Counted from the stretch's first letter, positions 1 to 10,484 are shown. The stretch is 31,086 bases of DNA from a virus (IMGVR_UViG_2540341091_000008); one strand, 5' to 3'. Notes: generated from the letters alone by a model not told the origin. Made by a program: numbers and translations.

Positions 1-1284
1 TTACAGACTTCTGGAAGGTTGCGCAGCTCTTACAACACGCGGTTGATCTTCCGCAGCGTCTTCCAGCGCACTTAAATCACGGTCTTTCACCTCTGGCATT
101 TTCAGCGCAGAGATTAAACCAATTACTGAATATGCCATGATCATAATGGCGATCGGATACCAGGATTCCGTCATGGTGCAGAAAATACCCGCCAGGATAG
201 GACCAAAACCGGAAGCGATAAGACCACCAATTTCTTTAGAAATAGCCATCCGGGTAAAGCGGTTTTTACAGCCGAACATTTCTGCCATGGTAATGTTTTC
301 CAGAGCAAATAATCCCAGCACCGCACAGTTATGAATCACAATCAGTGCAACCATAATGGTGCTCGGGGCATAGCTTTTATCTACAATGATAGAAAGCATT
401 GGCCATGCCAGCACAATCGCGGAGGTATTCATAATAATATACGGGATCCGGCGACCAATTTTATCGGATAACCAACCAAGGAACGGAATGGTCATAAAGC
501 CGAGAATCGAACTAATCATCAATGCATCTGTTGGAATTGCTTTGTTAAACAATAACGTCTGCACTAAATAGCCTGCAAGGAAAGTCTGAATTAACCCGGA
601 GTTACCCGCCTGACCAAAACGCAGCCCTGTTGCCAGCCAGAAGGATTTGCTCTGGAACATGCTACCAGCAGGTGCAGGTTTTGCTGTGGGTTGGTTGCTG
701 TCATTAACCTTCTCAAAGACCGGGCTTTCTTTCAGATTCATACGTAACCAGATAGCAAAGACCATCACGACAACGCTCGCCAGGAACGGTATACGCCATC
801 CCCACGCCAGCAGTTCCTCTTTACTGAGAATGAAGAACATAAAGGCCCAGATTGCCGTTGCGCTCAAGGTTCCGCAGTTAGTTCCCATAGCTACAAATGA
901 GGAGATAATTCCGCGCTTACCTTTTGGTGCATATTCCGCCAGCATCGTACCGGCACCGGAAATTTCCGCACCTGCACCCAACCCCTGAATAATACGCAGC
1001 GTCACCAGCAAGATGGGGGCAAAAACACCAATCTGTGCATAGGTCGGTAACACACCAATTAAGGTGGTACAGATCCCCATCATGGTGATGGTAATAAAGA
1101 GCACTTTTTTACGCCCTATTCTGTCGCCCATTTTGCCGAAAATAAATGCTCCGACAATACGCGCCACATAACCTGCACCGTAGGTTCCCATTGCCAAAAT
1201 TAACGCCATTGCCGTTGATGATTCAGGAAAAAATATTTCATGAAACACTAACGCTGCGCCGAGCGAATATAACTGGAAATCCAT
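1..1284 (-). CDS. ydfJ: MFS (metabolite:H+ symporter type) transporter, 427 aa; its 5' end abuts the prophage
   Basis: Long hydrophobic ORF with MFS signature (GKMGDRIGRKK loop, 12-TM pattern). The conserved N-terminal motif sits at the very first residues and there is no SD before the ATG, consistent with a 5' end displaced by prophage insertion. Confidence 0.85.
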   Translation of the reverse strand: MDFQLYSLGAALVFHEIFFPESSTAMALILAMGTYGAGYVARIVGAFIFGKMGDRIGRKKVLFITITMMGICTTLIGVLPTYAQIGVFAPILLVTLRIIQGLGAGAEISGAGTMLAEYAPKGKRGIISSFVAMGTNCGTLSATAIWAFMFFILSKEELLAWGWRIPFLASVVVMVFAIWLRMNLKESPVFEKVNDSNQPTAKPAPAGSMFQSKSFWLATGLRFGQAGNSGLIQTFLAGYLVQTLLFNKAIPTDALMISSILGFMTIPFLGWLSDKIGRRIPYIIMNTSAIVLAWPMLSIIVDKSYAPSTIMVALIVIHNCAVLGLFALENITMAEMFGCKNRFTRMAISKEIGGLIASGFGPILAGIFCTMTESWYPIAIMIMAYSVIGLISALKMPEVKDRDLSALEDAAEDQPRVVRAAQPSRSL

Positions 1285-1885
1285 AATTCACAGGTGTTTT
1301 TTCCCATCCTGTGGTTTCCTTGGCGTTTTCTAGGTTTTTTCAGATAGTTGCATTTTTTAAAAAGCATCCTAAGTTCGATCTCAGTGTCTATCTGGGGCCT
1401 ATTTCTGTCCCATATATGCCCCAAAAAGACTCCCAACAGATAAGTAGTTTTTCATGGATTTACGCGTAAAATCAATAACGGCTGGAAATCATTCAATACT
1501 CGCACTATCGAAAAATTTACCAGCCAACCGCAGCACGTTCTTGCATAAGGCGTGTCTGCGGTTTTTCAACTATTCAGATACATCACTCCCATCACATTCA
1601 TTCCTCCGCATCAAAGGCATATAGGCTATATCACCTTGATATTTTTCTTCTTCAGATAAAAATTGTTATCTATGTATACTTTTAAACCCAATCCGTGTAG
1701 AGTCTCTGCATAAGATAGTTTGCAGTTGCCGCTTCAGCTTGCGCCATAAACCGCCTGATTTTTGCTGCCACCTGTTAGCATTCCTGTATACCTGAAACGA
1801 CAATGTTTATCTACGAACTTTAAGAACACCCAAGATAAAAATTGTCAACCATATCATATATAACACATTACTAATTCGAGGCTAT

Positions 1886-1999
1886 ATGAACAGCATACTG
1901 ATAATCACTTCTCTCCTTATCATATTCAGCATTTTTAGTCATGCCCTAATAAAATTAGGGATTGGCATATCCAATAACCCAGACAAAACCGATGTATAA
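1886..1999 (+). CDS. hypothetical small hydrophobic protein, 37 aa ([37 protein letters not shown])
   Basis: ATG preceded by GAGG 4 nt upstream; one predicted TM helix. Below the ORF-track size cutoff; found by manual reading. Confidence 0.3.
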
Positions 2000-2067
2000 G
2001 CCAACATATCCTGAATCAGACATACAATATCGCAATGAAAATCAATAATATTTTAAGGAATATCTTC

Positions 2068-2301
2068 ATGAAATCAAAAGACACCCTAAAGTGGTTCCCT
2101 GCGCAGCTTCCTGAAGTAAGAATTATCCTAGGGGATGCTGTAGTGGAAGTAGCAAAACAGGGAAGACCTATCAATACCAGAACATTGCTTGATTACATTG
2201 AAGGAAACATAAAGAAAAAATCATGGCTGGATAACAAAGAATTATTACAAACAGCGATATCAGTTCTTAAAGACAACCAAAATTTAAATGGTAAAATGTA
2301 A
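2068..2301 (+). CDS. ydfK: Qin-type prophage small protein YdfK, 77 aa
   Basis: Internal ATG of the 2035..2301 ORF with AAGGA SD; product MKSKDTLKWFPAQLPEVRIILGDAVV... matches YdfK as recalled. Confidence 0.8.
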   Translation: MKSKDTLKWFPAQLPEVRIILGDAVVEVAKQGRPINTRTLLDYIEGNIKKKSWLDNKELLQTAISVLKDNQNLNGKM

Positions 2302-2618
2302 TATAATAAACTTACTTTTTTACCATTTTTCCACTTTAACAACATTTTGCTCCACTTTTCCACGACCAAACAACTTGAAATCTGGTTAAAATAACACGCA
2401 ACACTATTCTTCTTCCTTGAGTCCGCCCGGAACTCGAAAAACAAACCGAGTTAAAGCCTATTTTTCACAAAATCGATTTTGGGTCTCACCAAAATTACGG
2501 GGTTGCATACGCATTCGTTTATTTTCGAACGTGTACATACAAATATGCACAAAAATAATCATAATTATTTTCTGAGATGCATTATGATATGAACACCAAT
2601 TTCGTATAGAGTCTCACT

Positions 2619-3209
2619 ATGTCTCGAATTTTTGCTTACTGTCGGATATCAACGCTGGATCAGACCACCGAAAATCAACGCCGGGAAATCGAAAGTGCAG
2701 GTTTTAAAATCAAACCTCAGCAAATAATCGAAGAACACATTAGCGGCTCAGCAGCAACCAGTGAGCGTCCTGGTTTTAACCGGTTGCTTGCTCGCCTGAA
2801 ATGTGGTGATCAATTGATTGTGACAAAACTGGATCGCCTTGGTTGTAATGCAATGGATATCAGGAAAACAGTGGAACAACTGACCGAAACAGGTATCAGA
2901 GTGCATTGCTTAGCATTGGGGGGCATTGACCTGACCAGTCCAACAGGAAAAATGATGATGCAAGTAATTTCAGCAGTCGCTGAATTTGAACGAGACCTTT
3001 TACTTGAACGCACTCATTCCGGGATAGTAAGAGCCCGCGGCGCAGGGAAACGTTTTGGTCGACCACCTGTGTTAAATGAAGAACAGAAACAGGTGGTATT
3101 CGAACGAATTAAGTCAGGTGTAAGTATAAGTGCCATTGCCCGGGAATTCAAAACCTCGCGGCAAACCATTTTAAGAGCCAAAGCAAAACTTCAGACACCT
3201 GACATATAA
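2619..3209 (+). CDS. pinQ: serine recombinase / DNA invertase (Pin/Gin/Hin family), 196 aa
   Basis: N-terminal catalytic region ([10 protein letters not shown]...) and C-terminal HTH; resolvase/invertase family hallmarks. Confidence 0.95.
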
Positions 3210-3306
3210 AAAATAATCTCGGTGTGAGATGCTTTACGTCTTCCAAGCCCCCTTCCTTGCCGTAAATGGAAAGATACATCTAATTATAGAATTTATATGT
3301 TTTACC

Positions 3307-3882
3307 CTACGGCAGTGCTGGCCATTCAATATCCTGTGCAGTTGACGTATCAACACGGTTCAGCAATACCCGATACTTTTTCCATGCTTCCAGCAACGAG
3401 ATTTCTTCCTCCGTTGCAATTTCCAGATCTGCAGCATCCTGAAGCGGCGCAATATGCTCACTGGCTACCTGCATCAGGTTGTTTTTTGTTTCTTCCGCCT
3501 CCCGGATCCGGAACAGTTTTTCTGCTTCCGTATCCTTCACCCAGGCTGTGCCGTTCCACTTCTGAAACTCCCCTTCCGGGGATAACCAGGTGACATTTTC
3601 CGGTAATGGGCCAAGTTCAGAAATAAATAACGCGTCGCCGGAAGCCACGTCATAGACGGTTTTACCCCGATGATCTTCAACGAGATGCCACGATGCCTCA
3701 TCACTGTTGAAAACAGCCACGAAGCCAGCCGGAATATCTGGCGGTGCAATATAGGAACTGTTTGCTGGCAGACCTGTATGAGGCGGAATATATGCGTCAC
3801 CTTCACCAATAAATTCATTAGTTCCGGCCAGCAGATTATAAATTTTTATGGTCCGTGGTTGTTCACTCATTCTGAATGCCAT
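3307..3882 (-). CDS. tfaQ: tail fibre assembly protein, 191 aa
   Basis: Tfa-family sequence; ATG overlaps the stop of the upstream tail-fibre ORF (TAATG). Confidence 0.9.
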   Translation of the reverse strand: MAFRMSEQPRTIKIYNLLAGTNEFIGEGDAYIPPHTGLPANSSYIAPPDIPAGFVAVFNSDEASWHLVEDHRGKTVYDVASGDALFISELGPLPENVTWLSPEGEFQKWNGTAWVKDTEAEKLFRIREAEETKNNLMQVASEHIAPLQDAADLEIATEEEISLLEAWKKYRVLLNRVDTSTAQDIEWPALP

Positions 3883-4814
3883 TATGCAAGCCTCACAATG
3901 TAGTTAAATGCGATGTTTTTGACGGTGTTTTCCGCGTTACCAGCAGCGTTAACGGTGATGGTGTGTCCATGTGAGCCAATCGCAACAGAGTGCGTATGAG
4001 CACCAATACCGACAGTATGTGCGTGAGCACCTGCAGATGCAGCTGTGCCGCTGACACTATGAGTGTGCGCTCCTGCAGCACTTGTATTCACACTGGCCGC
4101 AGACACTACCTTATGTACTGACCCATTTTGTGACCACTGGCTGATTGCTGATGCGCCTGTGACACTATGAGTATGGTTTCCGGCACTTGCGGCTGTACCG
4201 CTCACACTGTGCGTATGCGCCCCGGTGTTATTCGTGGATTTAGTGCCGTAATCAAACGACGATGTGGTTTTCGTCCCCAAATCCGTACTGGATGCGCTGG
4301 CGCTGTGGGTGTGCGATTTAATGCCGTCCTGTTCCTGAGACAATACGGCCCGACCACTGGCAGGTTTGCCCTTAATCGTCCAGCCACGCATATCAGGGAT
4401 CACGCCTGACGGATAAGCGGCTGCAAGTTTCGGGTAAGCAGATTTGTCAAAAGTCTGCCCCTGCATCAGGGCATAACCAGACGGAACGGTATCTGATGGC
4501 CACGGGATTGGTGCACCGACTGGATAAAACTCTGCAGGAGGATGAGCCGAGGTGTAAAGCTGCGCCCACGGCGACCAGTTTGCGTCGGTCGTATCCCGTC
4601 GTGAACGAATAAATGCCGGAGCATGAGCACCGCTTGTACCACTCCAGCCGATGAGTAACTCACCTTCGCCAACGGCTGTCATCCCTTTCAGGTGAATGAT
4701 ATTTCCATACGCTGTTGGATATCCGTTGTTATACACCTCGTATAACTCAAGACCTGCTGCCCCCTGCGTATTGTCTGTCAGCGCGGCTAACGCCCGCCAA
4801 ACATGGCAAACAGA
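3882..4814 (-). pseudogene. stfQ: side tail fibre protein, C-terminal fragment (N-terminal constant part missing)
   Basis: Ends with the tail-fibre C-terminus ...[14 protein letters not shown]; repeated [15 protein letters not shown] motifs. The frame is open upstream to 4814 with no credible start and runs into the 3' end of the head protease gene. Confidence 0.8.
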
Positions 4815-5554
4815 TCATTAATACCGTTTGCACGCGCTTTTTGCTCTGCCAGTACCTGCGCACGGATACTGTTTTCATCCACCACGGGTGCTGCTGCCTG
4901 CACTGGCGTCCGGGAGGCTGCAGGTTCATCATCCTGTACGCGTGGAGCACTGTTGCGTGGCGGAGTAATCATGTTTCGAATGGATTCCGGCATCTTTTTA
5001 AATTCCTCTGTACGTTTTGACTGAATACATGCCATTGCCTTAACGGCTGGTGTCACCTGATCAGCAAATCCCTGTGCCAGACATTCGGCACCGGACATCC
5101 AGGTCTCATCCGCCAGCATGGCAGCAATTTCATCGGTGGTTTTCCCGGTTTTCTGTGCATAAGCGGGTAACAGAACCGCCTCAACTTTATCGAGCAGGTC
5201 GGCATAGGTGCGCATGTCCTCCGCATCACCGCCCGTAAATCCAAATGGTTTATGAATCATCATGAAGGAGTTTTCCGGCATAATGACCGGGTTTCCCACC
5301 ATCGCAATGACCGACGCCATTGACGCCGCCACACCGTCGACATAAACGGTAATGGACGCACCATGTGTTTTCAGTGCATTAAAAATGGCGATGCCTTCAA
5401 AGACATCGCCACCCGGTGAATTAATATGGAGATTAATGTGGGTGATATCGCCCAGTGCATTCAGATCACTGATAAACTGCTTCGCCGTAACACCCCAGAA
5501 ACCAATCTCGTCATAAATATAAATATCCGCGTCACTCTGGTGACCTGCCTGCAT
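4787..5554 (-). CDS. prohead maturation protease, ClpP-like (S14 family); 3' end may be non-native
   Basis: Protease core [15 protein letters not shown]...[19 protein letters not shown]...MASVIAMVG...MIHKP. Internal ATG at 5554 chosen just after the portal stop; the ORF-track N-terminal extension overlaps the portal gene. Confidence 0.7.
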   Translation of the reverse strand: MQAGHQSDADIYIYDEIGFWGVTAKQFISDLNALGDITHINLHINSPGGDVFEGIAIFNALKTHGASITVYVDGVAASMASVIAMVGNPVIMPENSFMMIHKPFGFTGGDAEDMRTYADLLDKVEAVLLPAYAQKTGKTTDEIAAMLADETWMSGAECLAQGFADQVTPAVKAMACIQSKRTEEFKKMPESIRNMITPPRNSAPRVQDDEPAASRTPVQAAAPVVDENSIRAQVLAEQKARANGINDLFAMFGGR

Positions 5555-5567
5555 CCTGAACCAGGAA

Positions 5568-7076
5568 TTATTCTTCGGACTGGTCGTCGGTGTGCTGCGG
5601 CTCCTGTCGTTTCGTTGCGGCACTGCTGCCTCCTTTATCACTGGCCGGATCGGTATCAAATACCAGATCCAGCTTGCGGTTTTCATCAATTTCGGCCTTG
5701 CGCCGACGTTTGACATCATCCGGATTACGACCACCTGCACGTACCCAGTCTGATTCTGTCGCCGCTCCACCACGAATCTGAATTTTCCAGGCCTCAGCCT
5801 CCTTAACAGGGTCAATCCACGGCATCACCGGTCCGGAATACACCGCGGTATACAGTGAAGATCGGTCCAGACCGCGGGGTAGCCTGATAACACCGGATGC
5901 CACAGCCTGTTTCAGCCAGGCACGGTACATCGGGCGGGTGACGGCACCAATAAACCAGTCCTGCAGGATCAGGTAGCCATCAGTAGACTCAACCAGTTCC
6001 TGACGCTGGGCGCTGTAAGTGCCGTTATAGTTGCGTGCCGTACTGGAAAAACTCAGACGACTGCCCGCCGCCACGGCACGCAACTGACCATTACGAAAAG
6101 TTTCAAGGTTAGGATTGGGACGATCCGACTTCACCATTCCGATTTCTTCGCCGGGTTTCAGATCGTCGTAAATAATGCCTGGCTGAATGGTAAGCTCGCG
6201 TTCATTCTCCTTGCTGCCATTACCATCCGATTCATAGCTTTGCCCGTCGCCTTTCCGGATGTACATCCCCAGAGCAGCGGCGATCCTTGCTGCAGTCAGC
6301 TCAGAATCTTCATACTCTTTCAGGGCACTGAGGCGGATCAGCACACCGGACAACAAAGACGTCCCGCGCATCTGGTGCAGACGGCGAACAAATTTAAGAT
6401 GCAGCATTCGCTCTGCATCCACTTCTTTGGTTTCCATCTGCCGTCCGGATACAGGACGACTTTTATACACCAGATATTTTTCGGGACGCCCCCAGTCATC
6501 AACAAACACGCCCTGATTCAGCCTGTTGCTCTCATCACTGGTCATGGGAATAAAGTCTGGCTCGAGCGCCTCCAGCCAGAAATGAACACCGGCAGAAGGC
6601 GTCAGGCTGTTTATGCGCCCGGAAACCATCTGGGCAAACACCTCACCATCGCGCAGCCAGGTACGCAGCATCAGACGTTCCAGCATCGGACGGGTAAACT
6701 GCCCGGTGACTTCCGGACTGACAGACCATTCACTCCATCGGGTGCGTATCTCCGCTGCCAGATCACGGGCAATGGCCCCATTGCGTAATACCGGATGTGG
6801 CTCGACAATAATCCCGTTTTTCCCCACCACCCGTTCTTCCAGCTTGTCAAATACACCAATGACCAGATCGTGGTTGTTATCAAGGTAACGGGCCTGCTCA
6901 CGTAACGACACGGCCCCGTACTGGCTTAACTGGTCGGCAGTTCGGTTCTCCCGTCGGGCTTTGTGTGTCCGCGTCGTTTTTACGGCCTCATAAGCCTGGA
7001 TCACCGCACGGGAACGCAGCCTTGCCGCTTTCCATCCTGGTGAAAAAACGCCAATCACATCATCAAGAATTGCCAT
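5568..7076 (-). CDS. phage portal protein (lambda gpB-like), about 502 aa
   Basis: Size, position between gpW and protease, portal-like sequence; ATG at 7076 overlaps the gpW stop (TGATG). Confidence 0.85.
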   Translation of the reverse strand: MAILDDVIGVFSPGWKAARLRSRAVIQAYEAVKTTRTHKARRENRTADQLSQYGAVSLREQARYLDNNHDLVIGVFDKLEERVVGKNGIIVEPHPVLRNGAIARDLAAEIRTRWSEWSVSPEVTGQFTRPMLERLMLRTWLRDGEVFAQMVSGRINSLTPSAGVHFWLEALEPDFIPMTSDESNRLNQGVFVDDWGRPEKYLVYKSRPVSGRQMETKEVDAERMLHLKFVRRLHQMRGTSLLSGVLIRLSALKEYEDSELTAARIAAALGMYIRKGDGQSYESDGNGSKENERELTIQPGIIYDDLKPGEEIGMVKSDRPNPNLETFRNGQLRAVAAGSRLSFSSTARNYNGTYSAQRQELVESTDGYLILQDWFIGAVTRPMYRAWLKQAVASGVIRLPRGLDRSSLYTAVYSGPVMPWIDPVKEAEAWKIQIRGGAATESDWVRAGGRNPDDVKRRRKAEIDENRKLDLVFDTDPASDKGGSSAATKRQEPQHTDDQSEE

Positions 7077-7294
7077 CAGAACCTCGCCAGCCGGTACCCG
7101 GGATGCCCCCGTCGTCGTGTAATCAGAGCCGCAAGGCGGCGCTCCCACTCCTGCCGCCCCTGCCGGATCTCAGATAAGTTTTCCATGGTCATCTGCTGAC
7201 CATTAAAAGTGACGGATTTTCCGTCCAGCACCGCCATTTCAGCTTCCGTATAACGCTGAATCATGGCTTCGATATCATTCTGGTTCATAACCAT
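7076..7294 (-). CDS. head-tail joining protein gpW-like, 72 aa
   Basis: Small ORF between terminase and portal; C-terminal RRRGHPGY resembles lambda W C-terminus RRRGPAGF. Confidence 0.7.
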   Translation of the reverse strand: MVMNQNDIEAMIQRYTEAEMAVLDGKSVTFNGQQMTMENLSEIRQGRQEWERRLAALITRRRGHPGYRLARF

Positions 7295-9384
7295 CCTCCG
7301 GAAGTCAGCCAGGGGTTAACATCGTCAGTTACTGTTTTCTTCCGTTTTTGTTTTTTAACAGGCGTGGATACCGGTTCCGGTGAGGATGACGGTTCGGTAC
7401 TGTCCTGGACACACTCCAGCCAGGTTTCCCGGCTCGCCCACTCCGGTGCATCCGGCCAGCGGATCTTTTCGTATCCATGCAGAATGACCAGAGCCTCGGC
7501 ATACACCATCAGGTCAAAAGCTTCGTTGGCACCGCGACCCGGCTTACTCCATTTCCCGTCACGGCTCCGCTCTTCATACGTCAGTTCGTCGTAAAACCAG
7601 CTCCCCAGCCAGTCAGGGAAATGCACATAGCCTGGACCTGGCGAGTCACGCCATAACGCGTTATTCACCCGGTCTTTCAGGGCATCCGTCTGAAGAAGCC
7701 AGAGCGGCACATCACCTGCGGCCTGCGCCCGGCGGCCCGTTCGTCCGGTGTTATCAGGGAATGTACGGCTGATCAGTTTTGCGCGCCGGATGCTGTCACC
7801 CTTAAACAGGTAAATACGTTTACCAAGGCCATCACGACGGCAACGACGCCAGAATTTATAGGCATTATCAGTGACCCCGTCTTCACCGCCGGAGTCCACC
7901 GCCATTGCCATCAGTCGCATTTGTTGAGAAGGATCGGAGGCCAGCGGCCAGCTTTTATGAAAAACATCCGTCAGCAGGACATCCCAGTCTTCCGGATAGC
8001 TGGCCGGATCAATTCGCTGGCTCTCCCCGTCGCAGTCACTGCGCAATGACTGCGTGATGTTGTAACGATCAATAATCCAGCGTTCGCCACGACTGCCATA
8101 GCCCGTTACCTGAACCACAAAACGGCGATGACGTCCCGCCTGCACATCCACTGTCGCCACAAGGAAATTAATGCCATCCGGCACACTGCGGGAAGGAACT
8201 GGCTCTGCCCGCTGCTCAAGCAGTTCACTTTTTCGTTGCTCCATGCTGGCACGAGGAAGATAAGGCAATCCCCAGTCGGTGTTGATAACCGCCCTGAGTG
8301 TTTCTTCGCTTCCTGTCGCTTCATACTCCTGTTCTGCAGTCAGTAATTTGTAAACCAGTTGCGCCCAGGTCTGATACGCAGCAGCTGGCCCTTCCATCCA
8401 GAAACTGGCGATACGGGAGCGGCGCGGTTCACCGGAAACGTTGCCGTTACGATCAATGACCTGACCTTCACGCAACCAGACTCCAGCACTATTGAGCTCA
8501 CGCTTTTTCTCCGCAGTGATAATGCCGCTGCAGTGCGGGCAAAGTAGATACGCCGCCTCACTGGCTTTAAAGGGATCCGGTTCATTACGGTAGCCGGTCA
8601 TGGCATCCATGGCTGGCTGAAAATATTCACCGCAGTGCGGACATGACCAGTACCAGCGGCGGCGGTCACCACGATTGTAAAGGGAAAGAATACCAGTCGT
8701 CGGTGGCGCTTCATGAGGCGACTTACGTCGCCATTTGCTGTCGCAGATGTCACGTCCCGGCGAGCTCTCCACCAGAGTCATCCCGGCGGACATAAATGTG
8801 GTGGTACGTTTTGAGGCCAGGGAGAAACCATCACCCTCGCTGTCGATATTCTCCGGAAAACGGTCGTAATCGGTTAAGGCGACAAACCGGTAATCCGACG
8901 ACGACATAATGTTGACCGAGGGCCAACCAATTTTAAGGAACGAGCCATCCCTGAACGTCTTATCATGGACATTATTGTCGTTACGACGTGGACTCATTCT
9001 TTTCTTTACCGCCGCACTGCTTCTGAACGTTCTGTCGAGGCGCTTTTTAGAATGCTCGCGGGCCTTATCTTCGGTCATCTGCACAACGAGCATGTCCGAA
9101 GGATCGCAAACGATGGTATAGACAATCCATCCATCGATCAGACCAATGGTCTTCCCTGTTCGCGCAGGACCAATAAAAATCACCGCATCGTATTCACGCG
9201 ATGCCAGGCAGTTCATGGGCTCAATGATGTAGGGTGTCAGTTCAGGATCCCATGGCACCGAGTTACCAGCCCCCTTGGGAACACGCATGAATTTTTTAAC
9301 AGCCTCCGAAATCGGCATGCGACGTGGTGGGGAAAATCCTGCCGATATGTCCCTTCCCAAATTTCGGGCTGATGAAAAACCCAT
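7285..9384 (-). CDS. terminase large subunit (lambda gpA-like), 699 aa
   Basis: Walker-A-like FIGPARTGKT, nuclease domain, size; ATG at 9384 preceded by AGGAGG. Confidence 0.9.
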   Translation of the reverse strand: MGFSSARNLGRDISAGFSPPRRMPISEAVKKFMRVPKGAGNSVPWDPELTPYIIEPMNCLASREYDAVIFIGPARTGKTIGLIDGWIVYTIVCDPSDMLVVQMTEDKAREHSKKRLDRTFRSSAAVKKRMSPRRNDNNVHDKTFRDGSFLKIGWPSVNIMSSSDYRFVALTDYDRFPENIDSEGDGFSLASKRTTTFMSAGMTLVESSPGRDICDSKWRRKSPHEAPPTTGILSLYNRGDRRRWYWSCPHCGEYFQPAMDAMTGYRNEPDPFKASEAAYLLCPHCSGIITAEKKRELNSAGVWLREGQVIDRNGNVSGEPRRSRIASFWMEGPAAAYQTWAQLVYKLLTAEQEYEATGSEETLRAVINTDWGLPYLPRASMEQRKSELLEQRAEPVPSRSVPDGINFLVATVDVQAGRHRRFVVQVTGYGSRGERWIIDRYNITQSLRSDCDGESQRIDPASYPEDWDVLLTDVFHKSWPLASDPSQQMRLMAMAVDSGGEDGVTDNAYKFWRRCRRDGLGKRIYLFKGDSIRRAKLISRTFPDNTGRTGRRAQAAGDVPLWLLQTDALKDRVNNALWRDSPGPGYVHFPDWLGSWFYDELTYEERSRDGKWSKPGRGANEAFDLMVYAEALVILHGYEKIRWPDAPEWASRETWLECVQDSTEPSSSPEPVSTPVKKQKRKKTVTDDVNPWLTSGGWL

Positions 9385-9392
9385 TATTCCTC

Positions 9393-9920
9393 CTAGAGAC
9401 TCTCTCCTTCCTCATCAGGAATTAATTCAGCAGCACAAGCCTCGTAGGATTTTTCCTGAAGAGTGTATCGCAGGTCATCAATTGCCTGCTGTACAACGCC
9501 GACGGCCTGAGGAGTCAGGGCGCAATCGCGTTCAAGAACATCCGGAATTGTCTCCAGAACCTGGACGACAGCCTTTCTCATGGACGAATAGACGATGACT
9601 ACTTCATCAACGGGGATGAGTTTTCGCTGCTCCTTTTCCAGCTTGATCCTTTCATTTTCAGACTGGTACCAGTCCTTTCTCTCTTTCGGCTCCATACGGG
9701 ATGGATCATGAACAGAGTCTGCTGCCTCATGCTTCACACTAAACAGGGCTGGCCCGACATGCTGCAGGGCGTAAACGGGGTTCCCCCTGACAGTCGCAGC
9801 CACAGGAGTGTTGGCCGCGAGAAGCCGTTTTTTTACTGTGTCCCGGTGAAGCCCAAAGGCCTCAGCGATTTTAAAAACACTCCAGTAATAAGCATCACCG
9901 ATCCCGCTCACATTTGACAT
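9393..9920 (-). CDS. nohA: terminase small subunit (Nu1-like DNA packaging protein), about 175 aa
   Basis: N-terminal HTH (YWSVFKIAEAFGLHRDTVKKRL), position upstream of gpA. Start at 9920 chosen for GGAG SD; ORF-track start is 9950. Confidence 0.8.
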   Translation of the reverse strand: MSNVSGIGDAYYWSVFKIAEAFGLHRDTVKKRLLAANTPVAATVRGNPVYALQHVGPALFSVKHEAADSVHDPSRMEPKERKDWYQSENERIKLEKEQRKLIPVDEVVIVYSSMRKAVVQVLETIPDVLERDCALTPQAVGVVQQAIDDLRYTLQEKSYEACAAELIPDEEGESL

Positions 9921-10094
9921 AAGCAACTCCATCTGGCAGGTGAAAATCATGTTTATTTATATATTTCAATTAATTGTAAACTGGTCTAATGACAGGGAGA
10001 AAAAAATATTGTACAGGTAAAAAGAGAAATAACTTTTAATTATCAATAAATTACCAAACATGCTGCCGCCGCCATGGAAATGCAAAAACTAGCC

Positions 10095-10125
10095 TTTTTC
10101 CGCGACGCTCCCGCCCCGTGGCAGG
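10095..10125 (-). other. putative cos site (cosN-like)
   Basis: Minus-strand ACGGGGCGGGAGCGTCGCGG resembles lambda cosN region ACGGGGCGGCGACCTCGCGG; GC-rich block in AT-rich DNA upstream of the Nu1-like gene. Confidence 0.3.
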
Positions 10126-10296
10126 GGCCCCCACCGGGAGGACCCGACAGCCTGACAGCCGTGACGAGCATCTGATACAGCGCTTTACATAATGGCATAG
10201 GAATAATTCAGAAGGACATCACAGCATGCCCACACAAATTAGTGTGAGTGTCCTGTTTCTTCCTACGCACAGGACTGACGAGCATGAGGGGAAAAT

Positions 10297-10464
10297 ATGC
10301 GAACCATAAATGCCTCATCTTCAGCAATGCAGCCGGCATCCGAACAGGACGATATTGTAAATTCACCTAATTACGAGGACATTGCAGTAGTTGAATTGCA
10401 GCTCTGTATTAGCCTGACAGTGACAGAATGCGATATTGACTCTGTCACAGGTGAAATAGTTTGA
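10297..10464 (+). CDS. hypothetical acidic small protein, 55 aa
   Basis: ATG preceded by GAGGGG; no recognisable family. Confidence 0.2.
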   Translation: MRTINASSSAMQPASEQDDIVNSPNYEDIAVVELQLCISLTVTECDIDSVTGEIV

Positions 10465-10484
10465 ATGATTAGCAGTTATGGTGC

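Noticed and set aside
3960-4330. Repetitive stretch inside the tail-fibre fragment, considered as a possible CRISPR or tandem-repeat array
   Set aside because: The repeats are in-frame protein repeats ([15 protein letters not shown]) with no spacer-repeat architecture; no CRISPR array is present in the window.
5590-6901. Several 60-180 aa ORFs antisense to the portal gene
   Set aside because: Shadow frames of a long, well-supported coding region; no start signals.
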